From: Polyangia bacterium
GTDB taxonomy: Bacteria; Myxococcota_A; Polyangia; Fen-1088
DNA length: 64,000 nt
Reading direction: 5' to 3'
NCBI GenBank assembly: GCA_035548155.1
Contig: DASZUD010000231.1
Location: 5,986-69,985, forward strand
Part shown: positions 55,616 to 64,000 of the stretch, piece by piece
Numbering within the stretch: position 1 is the first letter of the stretch
How the letters are laid out: each line of letters opens with the position of its first letter
Program-made: the position numbers and the translations under genes
Notes under the pieces: model-generated
Told to the model about the DNA's origin: nothing
The model's input: only the letters and a program-made list of their open reading frames with translations
The model's database searches: none

Positions 55616-55666
55616 CCGCCACGTCAGCTCCGCCCCGCGATCGGAGAGAGCCGGGGGGCGGGGGCG

Positions 55667-57613
55667 CTAGAACTCGATCTGCGCCCCAATCTCCACGACC
55701 CGGTTCGCCGGGATCGCGAAGAACTCGGACGCCGAGCGGGCGTTGCGCGACAAGAAACGGAACAGCGCGCGCCGCCACGGCGCGAAGGCCTTGCCGGCCA
55801 CGGTGGGCGTGACTATCGTCTCGCGCCCCACGTAGAAGCTGGTGTCCGCGATGTCGAGCTCGAGGCCCTTCTTCTTCAGGGCGCGCAGCACCTCCATCGC
55901 GTCGGGGCTCTGCATGAAGCCGTAGTGGGCCGTCACGCCCCAGAAGCCGAGGCCGAAGTCCTTCATGTGAACGATCTCGTCGGGCGCGATCTCGGGCACG
56001 GCGTCGGTGACGATCGACAGCAGCACGACCTTCTGGTGGATGGACCTGTTGTGCTTGAAGTGGCGCAACAAGACGCTGGGCGTCCCGCGCCTCACCGACG
56101 TGAGGAACACGGCCGTGCCCGAGACGCGGTGCGGGTTGTAGACGCGCAGGTCCTCGAGGAACGCCTCGAGCGGAAGTGAGTCGGCGTCGAGCCGCGCCGC
56201 CAGGCGCGCGCGGCCGGACTTCCAGGTCGTCATCACGGTGAACACGGCCGAGGCGACCAGCAGCGGGAACCAGCCGCCGTTGGCGATTTTCGCCGAGCAC
56301 GCCGCGAAGAACGAGAGATCGAACACCAGCAGCGCGCAAAGCAGCGCGTCGGCCTTCGCGTGGCTCCAGCCCCAGGCGCGCCGCGCGTGCGCCGCGAAGA
56401 GGATCGACGTGATGCCCATCGTGCCCGTGACGGCAATGCCGTACGCCGCCGCGAGGCGCCCCGACTCTTGGAACGCCAGGACCAGCACGACGCACGCCCC
56501 CATCAGCAGCCAGTTCACCTCGGGGATGTAGATCTGCCCTTCGGTGCGCGCCGAGGTGTGCACGACGGTGACGCGCGGCAAGTAGCCGAGCTGGACCGCC
56601 TGGCGCGTCAGTGAGAACACGCCCGAGATCAGCGCCTGCGACGCCACCACCGTGGCCGCCGTGGCGAGCGCCACCATCGGGATCAGCAGCGGCGCCGGCA
56701 CCATCGCGTAGAAGGGACTCTCGGCCGCGGCCGGCTTCAGCAGCAGGAGCGCGCCCTGCCCGAAGTAGTTGAGCAGCAGCGCGGGGAACACGCAGGCCAG
56801 CCACGCGCGCCGGATCGCGGGCGTGCCGAAGTGCCCCATGTCGGCGTAGAGCGCCTCGCCGCCCGTCACGCACAAGACGACCGACCCCAGCACGAGGAAG
56901 CCATGGCCGCCGTGCCGGGCGAAGAAGCGGGCCGCGTGCATCGGGTTCACGGCGCGGAGAATTTCGGGCGCCCGCGCGATCCACGGCACGCCGACGGCGG
57001 CGATCGCGACGAACCACGCCAGCGTCACGGGCGCAAACACCGTGGCGATGCCGCTGGTCCCGCGCTTTTGCACCCAGAACAGCGCCACGAGGATGAGGCA
57101 CGTCAGCGGAACGACCAGCGAATGGAACGCCGACGTCGCGACCTCGAGGCCTTCCACGGCGGACAGCACCGAGATCGCGGGCGTGATGACGCCGTCGCCG
57201 TACAGCAGCGCCGCGCCGAACAGGCCCAGCAGCACGAGGCGCGGCGTCCAGCGTCCGCCCTTGCTGGGCTTTCCATCCTTCGGGCGCGCCACCAGCGCCA
57301 TCAGCGCCAGCACGCCGCCTTCGCCGTCGTTGTCGGCGCGCATGACGAAGTAGAGGTACTTGATCGTGACGACGAACGTCAGCGACCAGAAGATCAGCGA
57401 CACCAGCCCGAGCACGTTCGCCGGGGCGGGCGCGACGCCGTGGGGCATCGTCACGCACTCCTTCACGGCGTAGAGCGGCGACGTGCCGATGTCGCCGTAG
57501 ACGATCCCCAGCGCCCCGAAGGCGAGCTTCGCCAGCGACGAGGGCGCGTGGTGCGCCTGCGTGTGCGACGCGGTGACGCGCTCCGGAGCGCCGACCGCGC
57601 CCGACGTCACCAC
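55667..57613 (-). CDS. kup: KUP/HAK/KT-family potassium transporter.
   Basis: The signature GALGIVYGDIGTSPLY is present. About 12 transmembrane helices are followed by a C-terminal cytoplasmic domain. There is no in-frame ATG near the N-terminus. The start is probably GTG in the VVV run around 57613-57616. The start is uncertain. Confidence 0.8.
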   Translation of the reverse strand: MVTSGAVGAPERVTASHTQAHHAPSSLAKLAFGALGIVYGDIGTSPLYAVKECVTMPHGVAPAPANVLGLVSLIFWSLTFVVTIKYLYFVMRADNDGEGGVLALMALVARPKDGKPSKGGRWTPRLVLLGLFGAALLYGDGVITPAISVLSAVEGLEVATSAFHSLVVPLTCLILVALFWVQKRGTSGIATVFAPVTLAWFVAIAAVGVPWIARAPEILRAVNPMHAARFFARHGGHGFLVLGSVVLCVTGGEALYADMGHFGTPAIRRAWLACVFPALLLNYFGQGALLLLKPAAAESPFYAMVPAPLLIPMVALATAATVVASQALISGVFSLTRQAVQLGYLPRVTVVHTSARTEGQIYIPEVNWLLMGACVVLVLAFQESGRLAAAYGIAVTGTMGITSILFAAHARRAWGWSHAKADALLCALLVFDLSFFAACSAKIANGGWFPLLVASAVFTVMTTWKSGRARLAARLDADSLPLEAFLEDLRVYNPHRVSGTAVFLTSVRRGTPSVLLRHFKHNRSIHQKVVLLSIVTDAVPEIAPDEIVHMKDFGLGFWGVTAHYGFMQSPDAMEVLRALKKKGLELDIADTSFYVGRETIVTPTVAGKAFAPWRRALFRFLSRNARSASEFFAIPANRVVEIGAQIEF

Positions 57614-57814
57614 GACCCCGACCTCACCGCCTCCGTCCGTCAGGGGACGTCTCCGAGAGCGAGCGCGATCGAGACTGGCGACGACATCGACGCTCCGTCG
57701 AGCGGAGCAACGCCACACTACGGGGCGTTTGTTACGTCCGGGTTTCAGACGCAACGAGACTCGGTTAACTCGCGCGCTTGACGCCAAGGCGCTCCCCCCT
57801 TCACCATTCTGCCC

Positions 57815-58483
57815 ATGCGCATTCGCTCGTTGACCATGGTGGCGTCCGTCGTGGCCGCGCTCGCGGCGGGCTGCGGCGGGGGCCTCAAGTACCGCATCGA
57901 CGACGGCGCGCTGGACGCGGTGCCGGCCGGCGATCGGCAGGGCGTGTTCGCCGCGCAGAACGATCTCGAGGTGGCCAAGAGCGAGGAGCGCACGGCAGAC
58001 TCGCAGCTCGAGGCGTGGAAGCGCGACCGCGACATCGCCGTCGCAGAGCGCGACCAGGCCAACCTGGAGATCGAGAAGGCCAACGCCGCGCAGGAGAGCG
58101 CGATCCAGCAGCGCAACGAAAACCTCGCGAACGCCGCGCACCACAACCGGGAAGCCGCGGACCTCGGCGTCAAGGTGGCCGAGCAGAAGCTCGAGTGGCT
58201 CGACGACAAGAAGGATTGGCTGAAGGCGACGCGCGACGCCGCCGAGGCGCACGTCGCCGCGGCCCAGGCGAAGGTCGAATTCGAGAAGGCCAAGCTCGCC
58301 CAGCAGAAGGGCATCAAGCCCGACGGCGACTTCTCGGTGGGCAACTACGAGGATCAGTGGAAGGACCGCGACGAGGACTGGCAGTCGGCCAAGAAGAAGG
58401 CCGCGTCAGCCGAGAAGGACGCGAAGAGCTCCGAGAAGAAGTGGCAGGACCTCGCGGCGGCGCACCAGAAGATGAAGGGCTGA
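57815..58483 (+). CDS. Coiled-coil lipoprotein (222 aa).
   Basis: A lipobox LAAGCGGG is present. The mature protein is Lys/Glu/Ala-rich and helical. Confidence 0.55.
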   Translation: MRIRSLTMVASVVAALAAGCGGGLKYRIDDGALDAVPAGDRQGVFAAQNDLEVAKSEERTADSQLEAWKRDRDIAVAERDQANLEIEKANAAQESAIQQRNENLANAAHHNREAADLGVKVAEQKLEWLDDKKDWLKATRDAAEAHVAAAQAKVEFEKAKLAQQKGIKPDGDFSVGNYEDQWKDRDEDWQSAKKKAASAEKDAKSSEKKWQDLAAAHQKMKG

Positions 58484-58639
58484 TCGTGAGCGTCGAGAAC
58501 GACCAGATGCTCGGCGCGGGCTCGTTCCTCGCGCCCTGACGGGTCCTTCTACCAAATGCTCTGGGCGAACTGCTCGCCCGCGCGTCGCCGCAGGCCGCCA
58601 CGCAACGCCCGCGATCCACGACGTGATACCTTGGTTTCG

Positions 58640-59989
58640 ATGTCGAATCACAACCGTTCGTGGGTCGTTGCCATGGTCTCGCTCGCAACGGTCGGAGCCC
58701 TCGCCTGCACGAGCGGCGGCAAGGTTCAAACCGGGGCGGCAGGCGTGTCGGGCAGCCAGGCGGGCACGAGCGGCGGCGCCGGCACGGGCACCGCGGGCAC
58801 CGCAGGGACGTCGGGCAGCGGCGGCACCTCGTCGGCCGCCGGTGACGGCGGCGGCGGCTCGGGCTCGGCGGCGGGCACCTCCGGCGGAGGCGGCAGCTCG
58901 GACACCGCGGGAACCAGCGGCGGCGGCGGCAGCTCGGCCACGGCTGGCACCAGCGGCGGCGGCGGCTCGGGCGGGCCCACCGACGGCGGCGCAGGGTCCG
59001 GGGTCGTCGATGCGCCCGTCAGCGACGGCGGCGCCAACGGCGTGACCGCGCCCGGCATCGGCGAAGATTCTCCTCGGCCGCCGAAGCCGACGATCGGCAT
59101 GTACAGCGGGAAGCCCCAGCGCGACATCACCTTCACGGCCGCCTCGCTGGATCCGATGGCGAACGCGGGCCACCAGGGCGAGAGCCAGCATGGGCGCTTC
59201 GACAGCTCGAAGCCGACGAAGTGGAAGCTCATCGTGCTGCTGCCGGGCATCGGCGGCGGCCCGGGGCTCGGCACCAGCGGGTGGATCGCCTCCCGCGGCT
59301 ACCACGAGTTCGACGTGGCCTACCAGAGCAGCATTCCCGGCGCGCCCAACAAGCCGGACCCGCGCGCGATCGATCCGGCGACCGTCGGGAACACGCGCAT
59401 GAACCAGTTCGACGGCAAGGGCCGCGTGCCCTCGTGCGGAGACGACAACTGCACGGCCAACGTGCAGGTCACGCGCGCGAACTCGATCGAAGAGCGCGTC
59501 ATGCGCGGCATCAAGCACCTGGCCCAGGTCGACCCGATGGGCGGTTGGGACTGGTACCTGAACCCCGACGGCACCGTGCGCTGGAGCGACTGCGGCTTCT
59601 TCGGCTACTCGTACGGCGCGACGCACGCCGCGGTCATCAGCGTGTACGTGCGCCTCGGCCTGGTGGTCGTCGGCTCGGGCCCGTGGAACGAGGGGCACCC
59701 CGAGGCGACGTGGATCCGCACGGCCTCGGCGACGCCGGGCTCGCGTGCGTACGCGATCTTCGGGAAGATGGACGGCCGCTACATGGACTACACGAACGAG
59801 ACGAAGATGCTCGGCTGGCCGGGCCCCTACCCGTTCGAGATCAAGACCAGCACGCACGGCCTGCTGACGGACCCGGCCCCCTGGTACATGGGCTCGCACA
59901 GCATCCTCGTCGACGACCAGGGCCACACCGAGTTCTGCGCGACCGACTACTCGCAGTGCCTCTACGCGTTCGACGGCGCCGGCCAGTAG
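58640..59989 (+). CDS. Lipoprotein with a Gly/Ser/Thr-rich linker and an alpha/beta-hydrolase-like catalytic domain.
   Basis: The start is MSNHNRSWVVAMVSLATVGALAC. The nucleophile-elbow-like motif GYSYG is present. The track ORF starts at 58556. Confidence 0.6.
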   Translation: MSNHNRSWVVAMVSLATVGALACTSGGKVQTGAAGVSGSQAGTSGGAGTGTAGTAGTSGSGGTSSAAGDGGGGSGSAAGTSGGGGSSDTAGTSGGGGSSATAGTSGGGGSGGPTDGGAGSGVVDAPVSDGGANGVTAPGIGEDSPRPPKPTIGMYSGKPQRDITFTAASLDPMANAGHQGESQHGRFDSSKPTKWKLIVLLPGIGGGPGLGTSGWIASRGYHEFDVAYQSSIPGAPNKPDPRAIDPATVGNTRMNQFDGKGRVPSCGDDNCTANVQVTRANSIEERVMRGIKHLAQVDPMGGWDWYLNPDGTVRWSDCGFFGYSYGATHAAVISVYVRLGLVVVGSGPWNEGHPEATWIRTASATPGSRAYAIFGKMDGRYMDYTNETKMLGWPGPYPFEIKTSTHGLLTDPAPWYMGSHSILVDDQGHTEFCATDYSQCLYAFDGAGQ

Positions 59990-60084
59990 CGCCGTAGCGC
60001 GACGCGCAACCTTGCGCTGGTAACGGCCCAGGGGCTGATCTACTCTCGGGGGACCGGTGGTGAACCGGGAAGTATGGGGAATCC

Positions 60085-61725
60085 TTGAGTACGAGCGGAA
60101 CAGGCGGTCGCGACGCCCTGCTCGCCGACGCCGTCGCCCAGCATGAGGCGGAGGTCGCGGCGGCCGAGGCGCAGCCTTCGGAGCCGATGGGCGCGCCCGA
60201 AACGCCGCGCATCCTCGTCGTCGACGACGAGAAGGTCATTCGCGAGATCCTCGCGGACTTCCTCAACATGGAAGGCTACGTCGTCCACACGGTCGAGGAC
60301 GGCGTCGAGGCCCTGAAGGAGCTGCACCGCCGCAGCTACAACCTGGTCATCTCGGACCTGAAGATGCCCAACATGGGCGGCCTCGAGCTGATCCAGAAGA
60401 TCACCGAGGAGAGCCTGCCCGTGCTGACCGTCATCATGACGGGCTTCGGCACCGTCGAGACGGCGATCGAGGCGATGAAGCGCGGCGCCTACGACTACAT
60501 CCTCAAGCCGTTCAAGGTCGAGGAGGTCATGCACATCGTGCAGCGGGGGCTGGACCGCCAGCGCCTGCAGCACGAGAACATCCGCCTCAAGGACGCGCTG
60601 TCGATCTACAAGATCAGCGAGGCGATCGCGACGTCGCTCAACGTCGACACCGTGCTCGATCTCGTGCTCGACGCCACCATCGACACCGTCGACGCCGACG
60701 TCGTCAGCCTGCTGCTCGAGGATCCGCACCACGAGGGCCGCTTCACCGAGCGCATGCGCAAGGTCTCGCAGCGCCACGAGCCGTCGATCGAGGCACCCGC
60801 GCTGAACCTGGAAGAGGTGATCCCGCTCTTCAAGGACGACCGTCCCCTGCTGGTGCACGGCAGCCGATCGTACCGCTTCCTCGCGTCGCCGCCCGATCTC
60901 GAGCGCCGGCTCGTCTCGTTCTGCAGCATCCCGCTGAAGCTGAAGAGCCGCATCATCGGCATGCTGAACGCGTACAGCTACACGCGCGGCAACAAGTTCT
61001 CCGAGGGCCAGCGCAAGATGCTGTACGTGCTGGCCAGCCGCGCGGCCTTCTCGATCGAGAACGCGCGTCTGTACGAGAACCTCGTCGACGCGAACAAGGA
61101 TCTCACCCTCGCGAACATCTCGCTCGAGGAGAACTTCAAGCAGACGATCATCGGCTTCGCCCACGCGCTGGAAGAGTCGGACCGCTACACGCGCGGCCAC
61201 TCGGAGCGCGTGGCGACCTACGCGCGCCTCATCGCCATTGGCCTCAAGATGACCCAGGGCGACATCGATACGGTCGTCAAGGTGGGCCTGATGCACGACG
61301 TCGGCAAGATCGGCATCCGCAACGACAAGCTCAACAAGCCGGGCAAGCTGACGCCCGAAGAGCTGGCCATGTTCCGGTCGCACCCCGCGAAGGGCAAGCG
61401 CATCCTCGAGCCCATCCCGTTCATGCGCGACATCGTGCCGGGCTGTTATTGCCACCACGAGGCGTGGGACGGCTCGGGCTACCCGCAGGGCCTCATGGGC
61501 GACCACATCCCGCTCATCGGCCGCATCGTCGCCATCGCCGACGCCTACGACGCCATGACGAGCGACCGCGCCTACCGCAAGGCGCTGCCGCACGACATCG
61601 CCTGCGGCGAGATCGAGCGCTGCATCGGCGCGCAGTTCGACCCCGAGATCGTCCCCGTGTTCCTGGCGCAGATCGAGGAGTACCGGCGGCTCGAGGCCAG
61701 CGCCGGCCACCTGATCCCGCGCTGA
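60085..61725 (+). CDS. Response regulator with REC, GAF and HD-GYP domains (predicted c-di-GMP phosphodiesterase).
   Basis: The receiver domain carries ILVVDDE, a phospho-acceptor in LVISDLKMP and a conserved Lys in ILKPF. A GAF-like middle region follows. The HD-GYP segments are GLMHDVGK and HHEAWDGSGYP. Confidence 0.85.
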   Translation: MSTSGTGGRDALLADAVAQHEAEVAAAEAQPSEPMGAPETPRILVVDDEKVIREILADFLNMEGYVVHTVEDGVEALKELHRRSYNLVISDLKMPNMGGLELIQKITEESLPVLTVIMTGFGTVETAIEAMKRGAYDYILKPFKVEEVMHIVQRGLDRQRLQHENIRLKDALSIYKISEAIATSLNVDTVLDLVLDATIDTVDADVVSLLLEDPHHEGRFTERMRKVSQRHEPSIEAPALNLEEVIPLFKDDRPLLVHGSRSYRFLASPPDLERRLVSFCSIPLKLKSRIIGMLNAYSYTRGNKFSEGQRKMLYVLASRAAFSIENARLYENLVDANKDLTLANISLEENFKQTIIGFAHALEESDRYTRGHSERVATYARLIAIGLKMTQGDIDTVVKVGLMHDVGKIGIRNDKLNKPGKLTPEELAMFRSHPAKGKRILEPIPFMRDIVPGCYCHHEAWDGSGYPQGLMGDHIPLIGRIVAIADAYDAMTSDRAYRKALPHDIACGEIERCIGAQFDPEIVPVFLAQIEEYRRLEASAGHLIPR

Positions 61726-61793
61726 GCCGGTCCGGCCGGTGCGCGATGTCACTGGCGCGCACTCGCAAAGTTGACCGATAATGGGGCCGCGCC

Positions 61794-62714
61794 ATGCGTA
61801 CCCTGCGCCACCTGCTCCTACCTCTCTTCTTGGTGTCGGTCCTGGTCCCGGCTGCGGCGGCTCCCGCGCGCGCCGCGGATGAATCGACGGCCGCGCAAGC
61901 GCGCGAGCACTACCAGAAGGGCACGTCGTACTACGACCTCGGCAAGTACACCGAGGCCATCCACGAGTTCGAGGCGGCCTACGAGCTGAAGAACGACCCC
62001 GCGCTGCTGTACAACCTGGCGCAGTCGAACCGGCTGGCCGGGAACCCGGAGCAGGCGCTGCGCTTCTACCGGACGTACCTGCGCTACGTGCCCAAGGCGC
62101 CGAACCGCGCCGAGATCGACGACCGCATCAAGCAGCTCGAGACGCTGGTGAACCAGAAGAACGCCGCGCAGACGACGCCGCCCAACCAGACGATCCCGCC
62201 GGGCGGCAACGCGCAACCGCCGGTGACCACGGCGCCGCCGGCCGCGACGACGCCCGTCGAGCCCGTGCAGCCGGCCGCGCCGCCGCCGGGAGCGCCTCCT
62301 GCGGCGCCTCCGCCCGAGTACGTCGCGCCCGCGCCGGGGACGCCGACGGTGTACGCGCCCCCGCCCCAGATCCCCGACGACCACCACACGATGATCCGCG
62401 CGGGCGCGATCGTCGCGGGCGTGGGCGCCGGGCTCTTCGTCATCGGCGCGATCTACGGCGGAGCCGCCGTAGGCGCGGCCAACGACGTCAACGACACCGC
62501 GAACAAGGGCGGCACGTTCGACCCGAAGGTCGAGCAACGCGGCAAGAACTACCAGAAAGCCGAGGCGGCATTCATGACTCTGGGCGTGCTCACGGCCGCG
62601 ACGGGCGGCGTGCTGTTCTTCTACGGGCGCCACGCGGCCGCGCAAGAACGCGCGTCGCTGACGCCGGTCGCCTCGTCGACGGGCGGGGGCCTGTCGCTGC
62701 GGGTGACGTTCTGA
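61794..62714 (+). CDS. Secreted TPR protein with a Pro-rich linker and a C-terminal hydrophobic anchor.
   Basis: A signal peptide (LVPAAAAPARAAD) is present, with TPR units (YYDLGKYTEAIHEFEAAYEL). A Pro/Ala/Thr-rich spacer and a C-terminal transmembrane segment follow. Confidence 0.65.
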   Translation: MRTLRHLLLPLFLVSVLVPAAAAPARAADESTAAQAREHYQKGTSYYDLGKYTEAIHEFEAAYELKNDPALLYNLAQSNRLAGNPEQALRFYRTYLRYVPKAPNRAEIDDRIKQLETLVNQKNAAQTTPPNQTIPPGGNAQPPVTTAPPAATTPVEPVQPAAPPPGAPPAAPPPEYVAPAPGTPTVYAPPPQIPDDHHTMIRAGAIVAGVGAGLFVIGAIYGGAAVGAANDVNDTANKGGTFDPKVEQRGKNYQKAEAAFMTLGVLTAATGGVLFFYGRHAAAQERASLTPVASSTGGGLSLRVTF

Positions 62715-63412
62715 TGCGCTCTCTGACGAAAGCGGGGCTCGTCGGCGCCTTCCTCCTGGCGGCGGCGCGCTGCACCTACTCGCCCGACTTCGACTCGGGC
62801 AAGCTGCACTGCTCGTCGAATCAGCTTTGCCCGGACGGGTACTCCTGCGACACGGCGTCGAACCTCTGCAACAAGAAGAGCGGGACGACCGGCGCCGCCG
62901 GGACCACGGGCGCCGCCGGGACCACCGGCGCCGCCGGGACCACGGGCGCCGCCGGGACCACCGGCGCCGGTGGCGCCACTTGCGCGGGAACCTGCACGGT
63001 CACCATCCAGGGCACGCTGAAGAACGACCTCGGCCCCAACCCCGACGGCAAGTTCCTCGGCCAGTGGTTCTACCAATCGGGCAGCAGCCAGACGACGGCC
63101 TGCACCGACGGCTCGAGCCGAACGCTCGACCTCGCGAACGACTACGTCCAGGTGTCGAAGACCAACGGCAACCTCGTCGCCAGCTACTTCTGCAACTGGG
63201 TCATGAACGAGAGCGGCAGCACCGCGACGATCAAACCGGGCCAGATGTGCTCGCGCAACACGACCGACCAGGCCTCCGGCGCGGTGACGATGTTCACGTG
63301 GAAAGGCACGACGTTCACGTTCACGACGCTGGACGGGAAGGCCGCGACGCTGAACGCGTCCATCACCGCCCAGTACTACGACGACCCCGTGAAGACCGGC
63401 TGCAAACCGTGA
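62714..63412 (+). CDS. Lipoprotein with a (TTGAAG)5 repeat linker, related to the 47.3-49.1 kb family.
   Basis: The start overlaps the upstream stop (TGATG). The N-terminus carries a lipobox (LLAAARC) and a Cys-rich segment. The repeat TTGAAGTTGAAG... is encoded by 18-nt DNA repeats. Confidence 0.6.
   Translation: MRSLTKAGLVGAFLLAAARCTYSPDFDSGKLHCSSNQLCPDGYSCDTASNLCNKKSGTTGAAGTTGAAGTTGAAGTTGAAGTTGAGGATCAGTCTVTIQGTLKNDLGPNPDGKFLGQWFYQSGSSQTTACTDGSSRTLDLANDYVQVSKTNGNLVASYFCNWVMNESGSTATIKPGQMCSRNTTDQASGAVTMFTWKGTTFTFTTLDGKAATLNASITAQYYDDPVKTGCKP
62885..62978. repeat. Tandem 18-nt direct repeats, 5 copies of accacgggcgccgccggg (or its accaccggc variant), inside CDS 62714..63412. They encode (TTGAAG)5.
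   Basis: The repeats are visible directly in the sequence and are near-perfect. Confidence 0.8.
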
Positions 63413-63470
63413 CGATCTCCGACACTTGGGCGCTGGTAGCGCCCGGGTGTTTCCCGTATAAAGGACGGTC

Positions 63471-64000
63471 ATGAGCGCGGACGGCGCAGCCCCCTTCTCC
63501 GGCAACAGACTCCCGATCGCCATCGAGGAGGAGATGAAGTCGGCGTTCATGGATTACGCCATGAGCGTCATCGTCTCGCGCGCCCTCCCGGACGTGCGCG
63601 ACGGCTTGAAGCCGGTCCACCGCCGCATCCTCTACACGCAGCAGCAGATGAACAACGTGTGGAACCGCGCGTACATCAAATGCGCGCGCGTCGTCGGGGA
63701 CGTCCTCGGCAAGTTCCACCCGCACGGCGACACGGCCGCCTATGACGCCCTCGTGCGCCTCGCGCAGGACTTCGCGATGCGCTACATGCTGGTCGACGGC
63801 CAGGGCAACTTCGGCTCGATTGATGGTGATCCGCCGGCCGCCTATCGCTACACCGAGTGCCGCATGCGCAAGATCGGCGGCGAGCTGCTGGCCGACATCG
63901 AGAAGGAGACCGTCGACTTCCAGCCGAACTACGACGACAAGGAGGTCGAGCCGACCGTCCTGCCGGCGCGGTTCCCCAACCTGCTGGTGAACGGCGCGGC
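63471..64000 (+). CDS. gyrA: DNA gyrase subunit A, N-terminal 176 codons. The gene continues past the window end.
   Basis: Manual translation from ATG 63471 gives [55 protein letters not shown]...[16 protein letters not shown], a canonical GyrA N-terminus. It is absent from the track because it has no stop. Confidence 0.9.
   Translation, partial: MSADGAAPFSGNRLPIAIEEEMKSAFMDYAMSVIVSRALPDVRDGLKPVHRRILYTQQQMNNVWNRAYIKCARVVGDVLGKFHPHGDTAAYDALVRLAQDFAMRYMLVDGQGNFGSIDGDPPAAYRYTECRMRKIGGELLADIEKETVDFQPNYDDKEVEPTVLPARFPNLLVNGA

Noticed and set aside
55602-57458. A 618-aa minus-strand ORF overlapping kup.
   Set aside because: It is an alternative frame of the kup gene and is R/G/A-rich. The kup frame (55667..) carries the GDIGTSPLY signature.
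58406-59926. A 506-aa minus-strand ORF, and a 570-aa minus-strand ORF at 60040..61752.
   Set aside because: They are antisense to the hydrolase lipoprotein and the response-regulator genes respectively, with R/A-rich composition.

Overview
This is a high-GC (about 70%) chromosomal window. Gene content and protein architecture fit a myxobacterium (Myxococcota), but that assignment is an inference, not a database hit. Coding density is high; I call 47 CDS, and no rRNA, tRNA or CRISPR is visible. The gene symbols I give (asnB, rny, rplS, trmD, rimM, rpsP, nadA, rimO, coaX, kup, gyrA) rest on conserved sequence motifs only.

Main blocks, in order:
- 1..12.1 kb: a polysaccharide/glycoconjugate biosynthesis locus, mostly on the minus strand. 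It holds a CysQ/inositol-monophosphatase-like gene, a SAM methyltransferase, two family-4 glycosyltransferases, an MOP/Wzx-type flippase, an AsnB-type amidotransferase, a sugar-phosphate nucleotidyltransferase, a HAD phosphatase and a single-POTRA Omp85-family outer-membrane barrel. An MMPL/RND exporter is transcribed divergently from it.
- 15.0..16.6 kb: RNase Y (rny), with a tiny membrane protein translationally coupled downstream.
- 16.8..38.7 kb: a minus-strand operon-like cluster whose order and domain content match the Myxococcus xanthus Glt (adventurous gliding) G1 cluster from memory. Upstream to downstream it reads: a 565-aa secreted helical-repeat protein; an 1187-aa AgmU/GltD-like TPR protein; a 580-aa AglT/GltE-like TPR lipoprotein; a 91-aa GltF-like secreted protein; a 732-aa PglI/GltG-like protein with an FHA domain and a TonB-C/AgmX-PglI C-terminal domain; a 304-aa AgmV/GltH-like TPR lipoprotein; and a 3512-aa AgmK/GltI-like giant TPR protein. 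No AgmX/GltJ-like gene follows; rny does.
- 39..47 kb: housekeeping genes, namely a YciI-like protein, YraN, the rpsP-KH-rimM-trmD-rplS operon, a periplasmic-domain::tetraheme cytochrome c fusion, a PLP-dependent dehydratase and nadA.
- 47.3..49.1 kb: two tandem paralogous Cys-rich lipoproteins carrying Gly/Thr-rich linkers that are encoded by 18-nt tandem DNA repeats. A third related gene lies at 62.7 kb.
- 49..64 kb: rimO, a membrane-anchored protein with a Fam20/four-jointed-like kinase motif, a Zn-ribbon miniprotein, a membrane::TlpA thioredoxin fusion, coaX, a membrane protein, kup, lipoproteins (one an alpha/beta hydrolase), an REC-GAF-HD-GYP response regulator, a secreted TPR protein, and the start of gyrA at the window edge.

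The most system-like content is the Glt-like gliding cluster, which varies from the Myxococcus pattern. It has an extra upstream secreted component, a non-TPR C-terminal module on the giant TPR protein, and no adjacent gltJ. Second is the repeat-bearing Cys-rich lipoprotein family.

The six-frame track also lists many long R/A/G/P-rich ORFs. These are antisense or off-frame artefacts of GC3 bias and are rejected below.
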